In this document: positions 29,995 to 40,278 of the stretch, one piece after another | Position numbering within the stretch: the stretch's first letter is position 1 | Layout: every line of letters begins with the position of its first letter | Source of the DNA: Fibrobacterales bacterium | Lineage (GTDB): Bacteria > Fibrobacterota > Fibrobacteria > Fibrobacterales > JAOPTW01 | Assembly: GCA_051532055.1 (NCBI GenBank) | Contig: JAOPTX010000001.1 | Coordinates: 19,638 to 83,637 of the forward strand | DNA length: 64,000 bases | Reading direction: 5' to 3' | Translations under genes and position numbers: made by a program | The notes under the pieces: generated by a model | What the model saw: only the letters and a program-made list of their open reading frames with translations | The model's database searches: none | Told to the model about the DNA's origin: nothing

Positions 29995-31647
29995 ATGAGC
30001 GAAGCAGTAGCAGAAGAAGAAAAAACAGTAACAGAAGCAGTTTCAAAAGAAGCAGCTGAGCCGAAAAATTCTGAAGAGAATTCAGAGGCAGTTGTTGAAG
30101 ACACTGCCCTGACTGTTGAACTCTGTACTCCAATTCCAGGTAGTGACCCCTGTGGAGAAGATCCAAAGTATAATCATGAATTTGAGGTTATTAAAGGTGA
30201 GATCGCAAAACCTGGATCTCGTAACTTTGAGGTAGTAGCTCAAAACTGTCATATTGTTTTAACGAAACAAGCTAAAGATATAACAACCTTTTCGTATTAT
30301 ATCTTAGCTTCGGCAATGGATAATGGTATTGAAGATTTTTGCTCCGTTATAGTTGCATTCTCACGTCAGTTAAGTGAACATTGGGATACGATACATCCAA
30401 CTCGTGAACGTGCACGTATGAATTCGCTCTCATGGCTTAATGAAGAACGTACTCTTGGTATGCTTGAAAAAGTTGAGGTTTCTGAAGCAATACATCCTCT
30501 GTTACTTGCTGCAAAAGAGGCATTAGAGAACATAAAAACTCTTACTTTTGAAAAATTTCCTGATTCACCACCATCTATTAAAGGGTTGGTGCAGCAGGTT
30601 GAAAAATGGGTTAAGGCAACAAAGCCACAAGAGAAAAAAGCTGATGCTCCTACGCCTACAGTATCTAGTGCGTCAGCAACAGTAGCGCCTACAGGCCAGG
30701 GAAGCACTCCCATGGTTGACATGGGGAGCAAGACTGATGCTCAAAAAAATCTTCAAAAAATAGCTATTTTCCTCACAACTCAAGAAAGATCAAATCCATT
30801 GGGGTATAAACTACTCCGTATGGTTAAATGGCAAGAGTTACAATCCGAGCCTAAAGCTGAAGCAGGAAAAACACTTTTTGCTCCTCCAATTGCACAACGT
30901 GTGAGTTTTTACCAAAACTTGGTGCAGCAACAAAATTGGGATGGAGTTATTGAAAAATCTGAGACAGTTTTTACTGAACCAGGGCTTCATTTTTGGTTTG
31001 ACCTACAACACTATGTCTGTCAGGCACTCACAGCTAAAGGTGGAACCTATGCGCAGTGTGCTATAGCAATTAAAACAGAGCTTGTTGGACTTCTTAGTAG
31101 AGTGCCTACTCTTAAAGATTTAAAATATAAAGATGACACCCCTTTTGCGAGTAGCCAGACGAAAGAGTGGCTTGATGAAATTGCATCAGAAGTAGGAGGG
31201 GGAAGTTCTGTTCCCACTCAAGTATCGACAAAGAAGTCTGCAGACCTCAAGACTGATTTGGTTGCAGCAGAAGAGATGCTTGGAAAAGGTAAATTTGAAG
31301 ATGCGCTCTATTTAATTCAATCAGGCTGTGCCTATGGAAGCTTGAAAGAAGTGTGCGAAAGAAAAACGGTTATGGCACGTATGTGCTACCAGAATAATCA
31401 GCATTTTATAGCTGACAGTTTATTGAGTGAACTTGATGAAGAAATTCAGAAAAGAGCACTTGTAGAGTGGGATTCTGACTTCTGTATAGAGGTTTGGACC
31501 CAGCATATCAAAGTACTTTCTACAATTACCGAGATGAGTACTGTTGATGTTGCGGATAAAGAGGCTATTAAGATTCGTTTACGCGATACTTACAAGCGTT
31601 TAAGTAATGTAAACCCACTTTCTGCAACGAAACTTAATTTTGTGTGA
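29995..31647 (+). CDS. tssA: T6SS protein TssA (long form, ImpA_N + VasJ-like)
   Basis: PIPGSDPCGEDPKY, AKDI, WDTIHP-R-RAR ImpA_N; YKLLR-VKW, FWFDLQ, L-YKDDTPFAS-QT-EWL. Confidence 0.92.
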   Translation: MSEAVAEEEKTVTEAVSKEAAEPKNSEENSEAVVEDTALTVELCTPIPGSDPCGEDPKYNHEFEVIKGEIAKPGSRNFEVVAQNCHIVLTKQAKDITTFSYYILASAMDNGIEDFCSVIVAFSRQLSEHWDTIHPTRERARMNSLSWLNEERTLGMLEKVEVSEAIHPLLLAAKEALENIKTLTFEKFPDSPPSIKGLVQQVEKWVKATKPQEKKADAPTPTVSSASATVAPTGQGSTPMVDMGSKTDAQKNLQKIAIFLTTQERSNPLGYKLLRMVKWQELQSEPKAEAGKTLFAPPIAQRVSFYQNLVQQQNWDGVIEKSETVFTEPGLHFWFDLQHYVCQALTAKGGTYAQCAIAIKTELVGLLSRVPTLKDLKYKDDTPFASSQTKEWLDEIASEVGGGSSVPTQVSTKKSADLKTDLVAAEEMLGKGKFEDALYLIQSGCAYGSLKEVCERKTVMARMCYQNNQHFIADSLLSELDEEIQKRALVEWDSDFCIEVWTQHIKVLSTITEMSTVDVADKEAIKIRLRDTYKRLSNVNPLSATKLNFV

Positions 31648-31680
31648 ATTTAGAACATAAACTAAAAAGGAGAGAGCGCT

Positions 31681-32205
31681 ATGGCAGGCTCAAGTTATCA
31701 AAATGAAATACCACCGGCTCGCGTCAATATACAATTGAGCGTCGATAAAGGTGATGGTCAAAAAAAGATGGAACTTCCACTTAAGATGTTGATTCTTGGT
31801 GATTTCACTGGTAAAAAGGACTCTACACGAGTTACTGATCGTGAAAAAATCAATATCAACAAAAATAATTTTAATCAAGTAATGGAATCACTCGACCTCA
31901 AAGTGAGTACTGTTGTTGAAAATAAATTAAGTAAAGATGGTGGAGATATCAAAGTAAATCTCGATATTAAAAGCATGAAAGATTTTACTCCTGCTGAGGT
32001 TGCTCGTCAGGTGCCAGAAGTTTCAAAATTAATGGCAGCACGGAATCTTATCAGAGATCTTGGTTCGAATTTACTTGATAATCGTGAATTCCGTAAAAGA
32101 ATGGAAGCGATTGTTAAAGACAAAACTGCAATGGAGAGTCTCTTAGCTGAACTCGATAAAGTACAACCACTTAAAGAAGATGCACCAGCTGCAGAAGCTG
32201 AATAG
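31681..32205 (+). CDS. tssB: T6SS contractile sheath small subunit TssB (VipA)
   Basis: PPARVNI, ELPLKMLILGDFTG, SMKDFTPAEVARQVPE. Confidence 0.97.
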   Translation: MAGSSYQNEIPPARVNIQLSVDKGDGQKKMELPLKMLILGDFTGKKDSTRVTDREKININKNNFNQVMESLDLKVSTVVENKLSKDGGDIKVNLDIKSMKDFTPAEVARQVPEVSKLMAARNLIRDLGSNLLDNREFRKRMEAIVKDKTAMESLLAELDKVQPLKEDAPAAEAE

Positions 32206-32216
32206 AGGAGAGTATA

Positions 32217-33698
32217 ATGGCTGAACAAGGCTTAGAATACATATATGAATCAATGAATCTTGATCTTCCTGAACAGGAAGTAGATCTCAATAACTACAAA
32301 GAATCAGAAGCTCTTTTTGATCAATCAGCAAACGAGCGACTCGGAGCTGCACTTCGTATTTTCATCGAAAGTGTTTCTGAATCAGCTACATCAATTGATA
32401 AAATTGATAAAGCAATGATTGATGCACAGGTTGCATATATTGATGAAAAAATTTCTTCACAACTTGATGAAATTTTTCACAATGAAGCATTTCAAAAGCT
32501 TGAGTCATCTTGGAGAGGATTAAAGTTTCTTGTTGATCGTACAAATTTTAAAAAGAATATCAAAATTGAAGTGCTTAATGCTTCTAAAGAAGATATGGTA
32601 GAAGATTTTGAAGATTCACCAGAAATCATTCAATCTGCACTATACAAACATGTGTATACGGACGAATACGACACCCCAGGTGGAGAGCCTCTTGGTGCAA
32701 TCGTTTCTAACTATGAATTCGGTTCTACTCCAATGGATGTTAACCTTCTTCAAAATTTTTCAAGTGTCTCTGCTGCAGCTCACTGTCCATTTATTGGTGC
32801 TGTTGGCCAAAAATTCTTTGGTAAAGATGATATCAATGAATTGCCACAAATTGAAGATCTTGAAAACTATATGGATCGTGCAGAATATACAAAATGGCGT
32901 TCATTCCGTGAATCTGAAGATTCTCGTTATGTAGGTCTGGTACTTCCACGTTTCCTACTTCGCCACCCGTATGATCCTGAAGCGAATCCTGTTCGTGAGT
33001 TTAACTATCAGGAAAAAGTTACTGGTGATGACCATGAGAAATATCTCTGGGGTAATGCATCATTTTCATTTGCAGCAAACATGACTCGTTCATTTGCTGA
33101 TAACGGATGGTGTGTTCAAATCAGAGGACCACAAGCTGGTGGTAAAGTTGAAGACCTCCCAATCCATCTATATGATGTTGGTAAAGGTAATCAAATGAAA
33201 ATTCCAACAGAAATTCTTATTCCTGAAACAAGAGAATTTGAATTTGCTAATCAAGGATTTATTCCACTTAGTTTTTATAAAAATTCTGATTATGCATGTT
33301 TTTTCTCTGCGAATTCTACTCAAAAACCAGAAGAGTACGATTCACCAGAAGCAACAGCTAACTGCAGAATCAATGCACGTCTTCCATACATCTTGTTGAC
33401 ATCACGCCTAGCACACTACCTCAAAGTGCTTCAACGTGAAAACATTGGCGCAACAAAAAGTGCGACAGTGCTACAGCAAGAGTTGAATACTTGGTTATCT
33501 GGTCTTGTAACAGAGATGCAGAATCCTAGTCCGGAGCTTGCAGCGACGCACCCACTCAGTTATGGAGAGGTAACTGTTGAAGAAAATGAGGATAACCCAG
33601 GATTCTTCAAAGTAGGAATGTCAGTTATACCACACTTTCAAGTAGAAGGTATTAATGTAAACCTCTCATTGGTATCTAAAATGCCGCAAGGCAAATAA
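32217..33698 (+). CDS. tssC: T6SS contractile sheath large subunit TssC (VipB)
   Basis: FQKLESSWRGLKFLV, EYDTPGGEP, AAAHCPF, PRFLLR-PY, YLWGNA, IRGPQAGG, SRLAHYLKV-QRE-IG. Confidence 0.98.
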   Translation: MAEQGLEYIYESMNLDLPEQEVDLNNYKESEALFDQSANERLGAALRIFIESVSESATSIDKIDKAMIDAQVAYIDEKISSQLDEIFHNEAFQKLESSWRGLKFLVDRTNFKKNIKIEVLNASKEDMVEDFEDSPEIIQSALYKHVYTDEYDTPGGEPLGAIVSNYEFGSTPMDVNLLQNFSSVSAAAHCPFIGAVGQKFFGKDDINELPQIEDLENYMDRAEYTKWRSFRESEDSRYVGLVLPRFLLRHPYDPEANPVREFNYQEKVTGDDHEKYLWGNASFSFAANMTRSFADNGWCVQIRGPQAGGKVEDLPIHLYDVGKGNQMKIPTEILIPETREFEFANQGFIPLSFYKNSDYACFFSANSTQKPEEYDSPEATANCRINARLPYILLTSRLAHYLKVLQRENIGATKSATVLQQELNTWLSGLVTEMQNPSPELAATHPLSYGEVTVEENEDNPGFFKVGMSVIPHFQVEGINVNLSLVSKMPQGK

Positions 33699-33754
33699 AC
33701 TTAAACTTAACCACTAAACATTAACTAAACAAATAATTAAAAAAGGATATAAAA

Positions 33755-34222
33755 ATGGCAATTCCAGCATATATGACAATCGATGGCATCCCAGGATCAG
33801 TAGCAGTAGCAGGTCGTGAAGACACTGTAGAAGTGCTCCAGTTTGATCACCAAGTATACATCCCAGTAGACCGTGATAACGGTAGCCTTACTGGTACACG
33901 TAAACATGGTGCTCTTGTGATCCATAAAGCATTCGATAAATCATCATCAATTCTTTATCAACGTGTTTGTACTGGTGAAACAATTGCAAACATCAAAATT
34001 ACATGGTACGAAATCACTGATCAAGGTGAAGAAAAAGCATACTATGAGCACATTCTTGAAAACTGTAAAATCTCTTCAGTTCAGTCTTACATGCACAATG
34101 TTAAAGACAAAAACAAAGAGCAATTTGTTCATCAAGAAGAAGTAACAATCCGTTATGAAAAAATCACTTGGAACTTCCTTGATGGTAACTTGCAGCACAC
34201 TGACCAGTGGAATGCACGTTAA
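33755..34222 (+). CDS. hcp: T6SS tube protein Hcp (TssD)
   Basis: MAIPAYM, GSV---GRE, TGTRKH, KAFDKSS, E-V---YEKITW. Confidence 0.97.
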   Translation: MAIPAYMTIDGIPGSVAVAGREDTVEVLQFDHQVYIPVDRDNGSLTGTRKHGALVIHKAFDKSSSILYQRVCTGETIANIKITWYEITDQGEEKAYYEHILENCKISSVQSYMHNVKDKNKEQFVHQEEVTIRYEKITWNFLDGNLQHTDQWNAR

Positions 34223-34273
34223 TAACGGCTTATGTTTTGATTGACTTCATTTGAGGTCTATCACCTACATTCA

Positions 34274-34323
34274 GGTCTGTCGCGTGTGTCAATTATTGGC
34301 AATACTCGGCAGGCCCTTTTTTT
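34274..34323 (+). terminator. Probable intrinsic terminator after hcp
   Basis: GGTCTGTCG...GTCAAT-T-ATTGGC...CGGCAGGCC imperfect stem with several G:U pairs, followed by T7. Confidence 0.6.
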
Positions 34324-34340
34324 AATGTGAATAGAGAACT

Positions 34341-34781
34341 ATGGTTGGATCGCGTAAAATAGAAGAGAGTCTCTTCGAAAAAATATCACAGCACTATGCT
34401 GATGGAACTCCGCTTAATGCCGTTCCACAGGAAGTACGACTTGTAAAAAGTATTAGTGATCATGTGACACGTTTGTTAAATACTCGGAAAGGTACAGTTC
34501 CCCATATGCCGGATTATGGTCTTACTGATGTGAGTGAAATATATTCCAATTTACCAGGTAGTATCGAACAACTTCAACGCGAAATGACAACACTCATTAA
34601 AAAATATGAACCGAGACTCGAAAAAATTAGAGTTGAGGTGCTCCCTTTTGACCCATTTAGTTTTAAAATTGATTTCGACATACATGGAGTTATCAAAGGG
34701 GGACAAAGGGTATTTCTCACAACAGCTTTTAACGCCAATGGACAAGTTTCAGTAGAATCAAAGAGAAAGAACTATGGCTGA
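34341..34781 (+). CDS. tssE: T6SS baseplate subunit TssE (gp25-like)
   Basis: SLFEKI, HVTRLLNTRKG, PDYGLTD, KYEPRL. Confidence 0.95.
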   Translation: MVGSRKIEESLFEKISQHYADGTPLNAVPQEVRLVKSISDHVTRLLNTRKGTVPHMPDYGLTDVSEIYSNLPGSIEQLQREMTTLIKKYEPRLEKIRVEVLPFDPFSFKIDFDIHGVIKGGQRVFLTTAFNANGQVSVESKRKNYG

Positions 34782-36546
34782 TTTCTTACATTATTATCAG
34801 GAAGAACTTCGCTATCTCAGTGACTCAGGAAAAGAGTTTGCTGATCGATACCCTGATGTTGCTCACTACCTGAATATGTCTGCAAATGAGGATCGTGACC
34901 CGTATGTGGAACGTCTTTTCCAAGGTTTTGCTTTTTTAGGTTCCCGAATACAAGAGAAACTCCATGACGATTTTCCCGAAATAACTCACAATGTAATGGA
35001 GATGGTTGCTCCTGACTATTTAAGAGCTTTTCCATCTATAGCACTGGTAGAGTTTAATTCTCCCCGTGGTATGCTTCCTCAGAGCTCAACTATAGTGAAA
35101 GGGACAGAAATACTATCAAACCCTAAGCCTGGTGTACCAAAACCGTGTAAGTTTCAAACGACACAAGAGGTAGAAATACACCCTTTACAACTCAAGCAAA
35201 CAACCGTAGAACATTCTGCACTTCATGGCTCAGAGATTAAGCTTTCTTTTGAAATTGAAGAAACTGTAGAACCAGCTGATTTACTTCTTGAGCATCTTGA
35301 TCTATATCTTTCTGGTGAGGATGATATTGCCTGGTCTCTGCACTATTTCTTAACAAATTCTATTACGGAAGTTATCTATAATGGAGAAGGAAAAACGGAG
35401 ATATTTACACAGAACTGTACAGTGGTTCCCACTTTGAACTTAATGACAAAGATTTTGCCGGAAAAGTCATCGATATTCTCCAACAGTCACTTGCTCCGTG
35501 AATATTTTTGTGCGATCGAGAAGTTTCGTTTTGTACGGGTAAATAATCTTAATTGTGTCAAGCGATTGAATAGTGCTCGATCTTTTACACTGACCTTTAG
35601 ATTTTCAGAAAACCTCCCCGATTCAATAGTACGCAAAATAAGTAATGAACATTTTAAGCTTTACTGCACTCCCGTAGTCAATATTTTTGAGCATGATGTA
35701 GACCCAATAACAATTAATAATAAACACTTTGAATATATAATTTATCCTGATAATAATAATGACAAAGAGGTGTATAGTATAATTGATGTTTCAGGTAGGG
35801 GTAAGGCAGCGCATGAAGTCTTTAGAGCTTATGAACCGTATCACAATTTTAGACATGCAAGTGCATCTAAAGGAACCGCTGCACAAGGTTTTACTTACGC
35901 AATTAAGCAGGAGGAGAAACGAGGTGGTGGTAAAAATAGCCTTATTACTATAGATCGGCATGGGGGTATTCGCCATTATAAAGATGAATTTCTCTCAATT
36001 AAAGCTTACTGTACAAATGGTTTATTGCCTAGAGAAAAATTGATGCAGAAGGATATATGTAATCCTGTACCTGGATTTCCTGATTTTTTCAAATTTTCAA
36101 ATTTTACGCGGCCTACTCCTGTGATTCCTTCTGTACAAGAAAAACACTATTATTGGAAAATTCTCAATCAGTTTAATATGAATATTAAGACACTCTGCAA
36201 CGTTAATACATTTAAAGAGGTATTAGATTTATATGCTTGGGGTGTTAATGAAAAACAAAGAAAATGCATTGATACTATCGATACTGTAGAATGTAGCCAA
36301 GAAGCATTTTTTGACAAAGGTCATTTTGTTAGAGGAACTAAAGTAATGCTTTCTTTGGTTGATCCACAGTGTCAACGCTCTTCTTATGAAACATTATCAC
36401 AGTATCGTTTACTCGGGGAAGTACTTAACCTTTTTATTAAAAACTTTGTTTCAGCAAGTTATTTTGTCTCGTTAACAGTTATGGTGAAGCCTGTAATGAT
36501 TGAGTTTGAGTGGCAACCCGGGAGGGCTCTATGTCACACAATTTAG
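34774..36546 (+). CDS. tssF: T6SS baseplate subunit TssF
   Basis: YYQEELRYL-GKEFA-YP, DPYVERLFQGFAFL, DDFPE, PDYLRAFPS, LLREYF, LYCTPVVNIF, CTNG-LP. Confidence 0.96.
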   Translation: MADFLHYYQEELRYLSDSGKEFADRYPDVAHYLNMSANEDRDPYVERLFQGFAFLGSRIQEKLHDDFPEITHNVMEMVAPDYLRAFPSIALVEFNSPRGMLPQSSTIVKGTEILSNPKPGVPKPCKFQTTQEVEIHPLQLKQTTVEHSALHGSEIKLSFEIEETVEPADLLLEHLDLYLSGEDDIAWSLHYFLTNSITEVIYNGEGKTEIFTQNCTVVPTLNLMTKILPEKSSIFSNSHLLREYFCAIEKFRFVRVNNLNCVKRLNSARSFTLTFRFSENLPDSIVRKISNEHFKLYCTPVVNIFEHDVDPITINNKHFEYIIYPDNNNDKEVYSIIDVSGRGKAAHEVFRAYEPYHNFRHASASKGTAAQGFTYAIKQEEKRGGGKNSLITIDRHGGIRHYKDEFLSIKAYCTNGLLPREKLMQKDICNPVPGFPDFFKFSNFTRPTPVIPSVQEKHYYWKILNQFNMNIKTLCNVNTFKEVLDLYAWGVNEKQRKCIDTIDTVECSQEAFFDKGHFVRGTKVMLSLVDPQCQRSSYETLSQYRLLGEVLNLFIKNFVSASYFVSLTVMVKPVMIEFEWQPGRALCHTI

Positions 36547-37526
36547 AAGAACAGTTAATTTCGGAGTCTTACGACTATAACTTTTTTCAGTCAGTGCACC
36601 TTATTGAACGCTATTTAGTAAATCAAGCATCTTCAAATAGTTTTCGTTCAAGTATGCGAAACAGAGAGCTTATACAATTCAAAACTGATAATACCATATC
36701 TTTTCCTGGTAATGATGTTGTAAGTGTTGTGAAAGATCCGAAGAGTGGAGGCTATACTCTGGCTCTCTCATTTATGGGACTTTATGGAGTCTCATCACCA
36801 CTGCCATCTTATTTCACCGAGCCTCTCAATAGAGGCCGTGAAGAGTTTGCGCCTCTCAGAAAATTTCTAGATATCTTTTCACATCGTGTATATTCACTTT
36901 TCTATCAATCTTGGAAAAAGTATCGGTATCAGATACAGTACAATCCTAAACGCCCTGATGATTATTCAAAGGCGCTCTATACCCTCATTGGTCGTACTTC
37001 ACAGTCGACCCATGCACCAGAAACTCCAGAATATCGAAAGGAGATGGCTCGCCTATCTCTTTCTAAACAAGTCTTTCAAAGAGTACGTTCGTCGGCCAAT
37101 CTTAAACGAACACTACAACACTATTTTGCATTTCCAAAAGTTGTGGTACAACAATTTGCTCCAAAGGAAATTACTAATCCTGCACCATGTACTATCGGAA
37201 GCTCTCGGGCAATATTGGGTGGGTCGGTATTGGGAAGTACAATAATTGATCGCACAGGGGCTTTTCAGGTAGATATTGGCCCTTTGTCTCATACACAGTT
37301 TCAACGTTTTCTCCCAGATGCTATGGGGAAACTTGGAGTACTCCGTGGTGAAGTTAAAAAACTCGTTGATGAGTTTTTAGATGCACCACTAGAATATGGA
37401 ATAACAGTTGCTTTGGATCATACGGATACAGAATGTATGGAAAAAGTAACCACACTTGGTAGTGGGGCATTGGGGTGGAATACCTGGCTCGGCTTACCTA
37501 ATGAAGAAATTACACTTAACCTTTAG
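36531..37526 (+). CDS. tssG: T6SS baseplate subunit TssG
   Basis: YNFFQSVHLIE, SFMGLYGVSSPLPSYF, FLDIFSHR, WKKYRY, LGWNTWLG; ATG at 36531 with GGAGGG upstream. Confidence 0.95.
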   Translation: MSHNLEEQLISESYDYNFFQSVHLIERYLVNQASSNSFRSSMRNRELIQFKTDNTISFPGNDVVSVVKDPKSGGYTLALSFMGLYGVSSPLPSYFTEPLNRGREEFAPLRKFLDIFSHRVYSLFYQSWKKYRYQIQYNPKRPDDYSKALYTLIGRTSQSTHAPETPEYRKEMARLSLSKQVFQRVRSSANLKRTLQHYFAFPKVVVQQFAPKEITNPAPCTIGSSRAILGGSVLGSTIIDRTGAFQVDIGPLSHTQFQRFLPDAMGKLGVLRGEVKKLVDEFLDAPLEYGITVALDHTDTECMEKVTTLGSGALGWNTWLGLPNEEITLNL

Positions 37527-37534
37527 AGGAACCT

Positions 37535-40270
37535 ATGATCTCAGCAAGTATTAAAAATATTCTTGAAAAACTAAATACACTTTCTAAAAAGAATTTGGAA
37601 GGAGCGCTTGGAGCTTGTGTGACCAGAGGTCACTATGAAATAACCACGATGCATTTTATCGCACAGTGTCTCGAAGATAGCTCTGGTGATCTCATGGAAA
37701 TTCTTGATTTCTTTAAAGTGGACCCCAACTTATTTAGAAAAGCACTAAATGAAGAACTTAAAGAGTATCAATCAGGGAATTCGGGAAAACCTGTTTTTTC
37801 ACCCTCCTTCTTAAGTACACTAGAATTAGCATGGAGTGAAGCGACACTTAATTTGAACTGCCTAGAAATCAGAACAGGATCAGTAGTCGTTGCACTCAGA
37901 AAAAATATGAATCTCGTGCCAGAAGGGCTTCAAGATTATTTTAAATTGATTCAAGCAGAAACACTCGTAAATCAATTTGGTGAAATAGTTGCAGCTTCAC
38001 GTGAAGGCCAAGCGACTAAACACTCAACAAGTAAAGATGATAATATTTCTGAGGACTCATTTTTAGGTACTTACACAGAAGATTTCGTAGCTTTTGCTAA
38101 GACAGGTAAAATTGACCCTATTTTTGGCAGAGATGATGAGATTCGTCAGACAATAGATATTTTGTCTCGTAGACGTAAAAATAACCCAATTTTTATCGGA
38201 GAAGCAGGTGTTGGTAAAACCGCTGTAGTTGAAGGTCTTGCCCTTAAAATTGCAGAGGGGGATGTTCCTGATGCCCTTAAAGATGTTGAATTGAGAAGTC
38301 TTGATATGGGAACTCTTTCGGCAGGAGCTGGTGTTCGTGGTGAATTTGAAAACCGCTTGAAAGGTATTATTAATGAGATAAAAGAGTCTGATAAACACAT
38401 CATTCTTTTTATTGATGAAGCACATACTATGATTGGTGCGGGTGGTGAAGCAGGAAAGAACGATGCTGCGAACCTATTAAAACCAGAACTTGCACGGGGT
38501 GATCTGAAGTGTATAGCGGCTACAACTTTTACTGAGTTTAGAAAATATTTTGAAAAAGATCCAGCTATTGCACGTAGATTTCAAGCGGTTACAATTGCAG
38601 AACCTGATCCAGAGTCTGCTGCAATAATGTTGAGAGGCCTTCGTGAAAAATATGAGGACTTCCATGGAGTTAAAATTTCTTATGAAGCAGTTAAAGCAGC
38701 TTGTGAATTTTCCAATAAATTTATTGCAGGCCGTCAATTACCCGATAAAGCAGTTGACCTTTTAGATACTGCTACAGCGCGTGTTAAAATGGGTCTTAAA
38801 ACCAAGCCTGCGGCGTTACAAAATCTTGAACAAAGTATTTCGAATCTTCAAATTGAGATTAAAACTCTTGAGAAAGATTTGAATGCAGGAATTCTTCTTG
38901 ATGAAACACAACTCACAGATGCAAAAGGTCGCTTTGAAAACGCTCAAACAGTTGCAGCGACACTTACTAATGAGTGGAGTAAAGAGCTAGAACAAGTTAA
39001 TGCAATTATTGCCTTTGAAGAAAAGGTTCAAGCGGCATCAGATGCGGATAAGCCAGCTTTAAGAGCTGAGTTGAAAGAATTGTGGAAGGCACTTGAAGAA
39101 ATTCAAAATGAAAAACCATTAGTACATGCCCACGTTACTCCTGCAGTTGTTGCACAAATTATTGAAGAGTGGACTGGAATCCCTGCTGGTAATATGATGA
39201 AATCAGAGGCAGCGACGCTTCTTGAACTTGGAGAAACAATCAATAGACGTGTTATTGGTCAGCCCTGGGGAGTTGCCGAAATATCAAATACTATTCGTTC
39301 TGGTAAAATGGGCCTTACTAAAGCTGAAGCACCAATGGGTGTTTTTCTAGTAACCGGACCATCTGGTGTTGGTAAAACTGAAGTAGCACGTACAATCGCC
39401 GATCTAATGTTTGGTGGTGAACGTTCAGTAGTGACTATTAATATGTCTGAATATCAAGATAGTATGTCCGTCACCCAATTGAAAGGTGCAAGTGCTGGTT
39501 ACGTTGGTTATGGTGATGGTGGTATACTTACAGAGGGCGTTCGTAAAAACCCATATACTGTAGTTATTCTCGATGAAGTTGAAAAAGCGCATAAAGATGT
39601 ATTGAACATGTTTTATCAGGTATTTGATCAAGGTATACTTAGAGATGGGGAAGGACGTGATATTAATTTCCGTAATACCGTTATTTTGATGACAAGTAAT
39701 TTAGGTACAGATACTATCTGTAATATGGCTGTGGATGAAGAAAACGATTATGAATATGGTGAATACTCAGAAGCAATAGTTGATGAGCTCACAGCGCACT
39801 TTGCCCCAGCTCTTTTGGCGCGATGTAAGGTTGTTCCATTCTTGCCTTTAGGATATGATTCACTACAAAAAATTATTGCTATTAAACTCAATAAAGTAGC
39901 GAATACTCTCATGAATACTCATGGTGTCACACTTGCGGTATCACCAAAAATTATTGAGAAAGTAGTTAACCAGTGTACTCTTATGCAGTCTGGTGCACGT
40001 AACATTGATACTATTCTTGATCAACAGATTTTACCGGAAATTTCTAAAAACCTTTTGATTAATGTTGCTGATGAAAAAGTTGTAACACACCTCTTTATTT
40101 CAGTTGATGATGAAGGGCACTATCAGTTCTATTTTTCTGAAGGTGATTTTGATGCTCCTGAACTCAATGAAAATATTGAAGAAGTTGAGAATGAAATAGA
40201 ATTGACTTCGGAAGAAAGTTCCGAAGCAGAACCTGATGCAGTCTCTGAAGAGACTACTGATGCACAGTAG
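37535..40270 (+). CDS. clpV: T6SS AAA+ ATPase ClpV (TssH)
   Basis: IDPIFGRDDEIRQ-IDILSRRRKNNPI, GEAGVGKT, LFIDEAHT, second Walker A GPSGVGKT, INMSEYQ, LDEVEKAH, SGARNID. Confidence 0.97.
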   Translation: MISASIKNILEKLNTLSKKNLEGALGACVTRGHYEITTMHFIAQCLEDSSGDLMEILDFFKVDPNLFRKALNEELKEYQSGNSGKPVFSPSFLSTLELAWSEATLNLNCLEIRTGSVVVALRKNMNLVPEGLQDYFKLIQAETLVNQFGEIVAASREGQATKHSTSKDDNISEDSFLGTYTEDFVAFAKTGKIDPIFGRDDEIRQTIDILSRRRKNNPIFIGEAGVGKTAVVEGLALKIAEGDVPDALKDVELRSLDMGTLSAGAGVRGEFENRLKGIINEIKESDKHIILFIDEAHTMIGAGGEAGKNDAANLLKPELARGDLKCIAATTFTEFRKYFEKDPAIARRFQAVTIAEPDPESAAIMLRGLREKYEDFHGVKISYEAVKAACEFSNKFIAGRQLPDKAVDLLDTATARVKMGLKTKPAALQNLEQSISNLQIEIKTLEKDLNAGILLDETQLTDAKGRFENAQTVAATLTNEWSKELEQVNAIIAFEEKVQAASDADKPALRAELKELWKALEEIQNEKPLVHAHVTPAVVAQIIEEWTGIPAGNMMKSEAATLLELGETINRRVIGQPWGVAEISNTIRSGKMGLTKAEAPMGVFLVTGPSGVGKTEVARTIADLMFGGERSVVTINMSEYQDSMSVTQLKGASAGYVGYGDGGILTEGVRKNPYTVVILDEVEKAHKDVLNMFYQVFDQGILRDGEGRDINFRNTVILMTSNLGTDTICNMAVDEENDYEYGEYSEAIVDELTAHFAPALLARCKVVPFLPLGYDSLQKIIAIKLNKVANTLMNTHGVTLAVSPKIIEKVVNQCTLMQSGARNIDTILDQQILPEISKNLLINVADEKVVTHLFISVDDEGHYQFYFSEGDFDAPELNENIEEVENEIELTSEESSEAEPDAVSEETTDAQ

Positions 40271-40278
40271 GAGGATTT

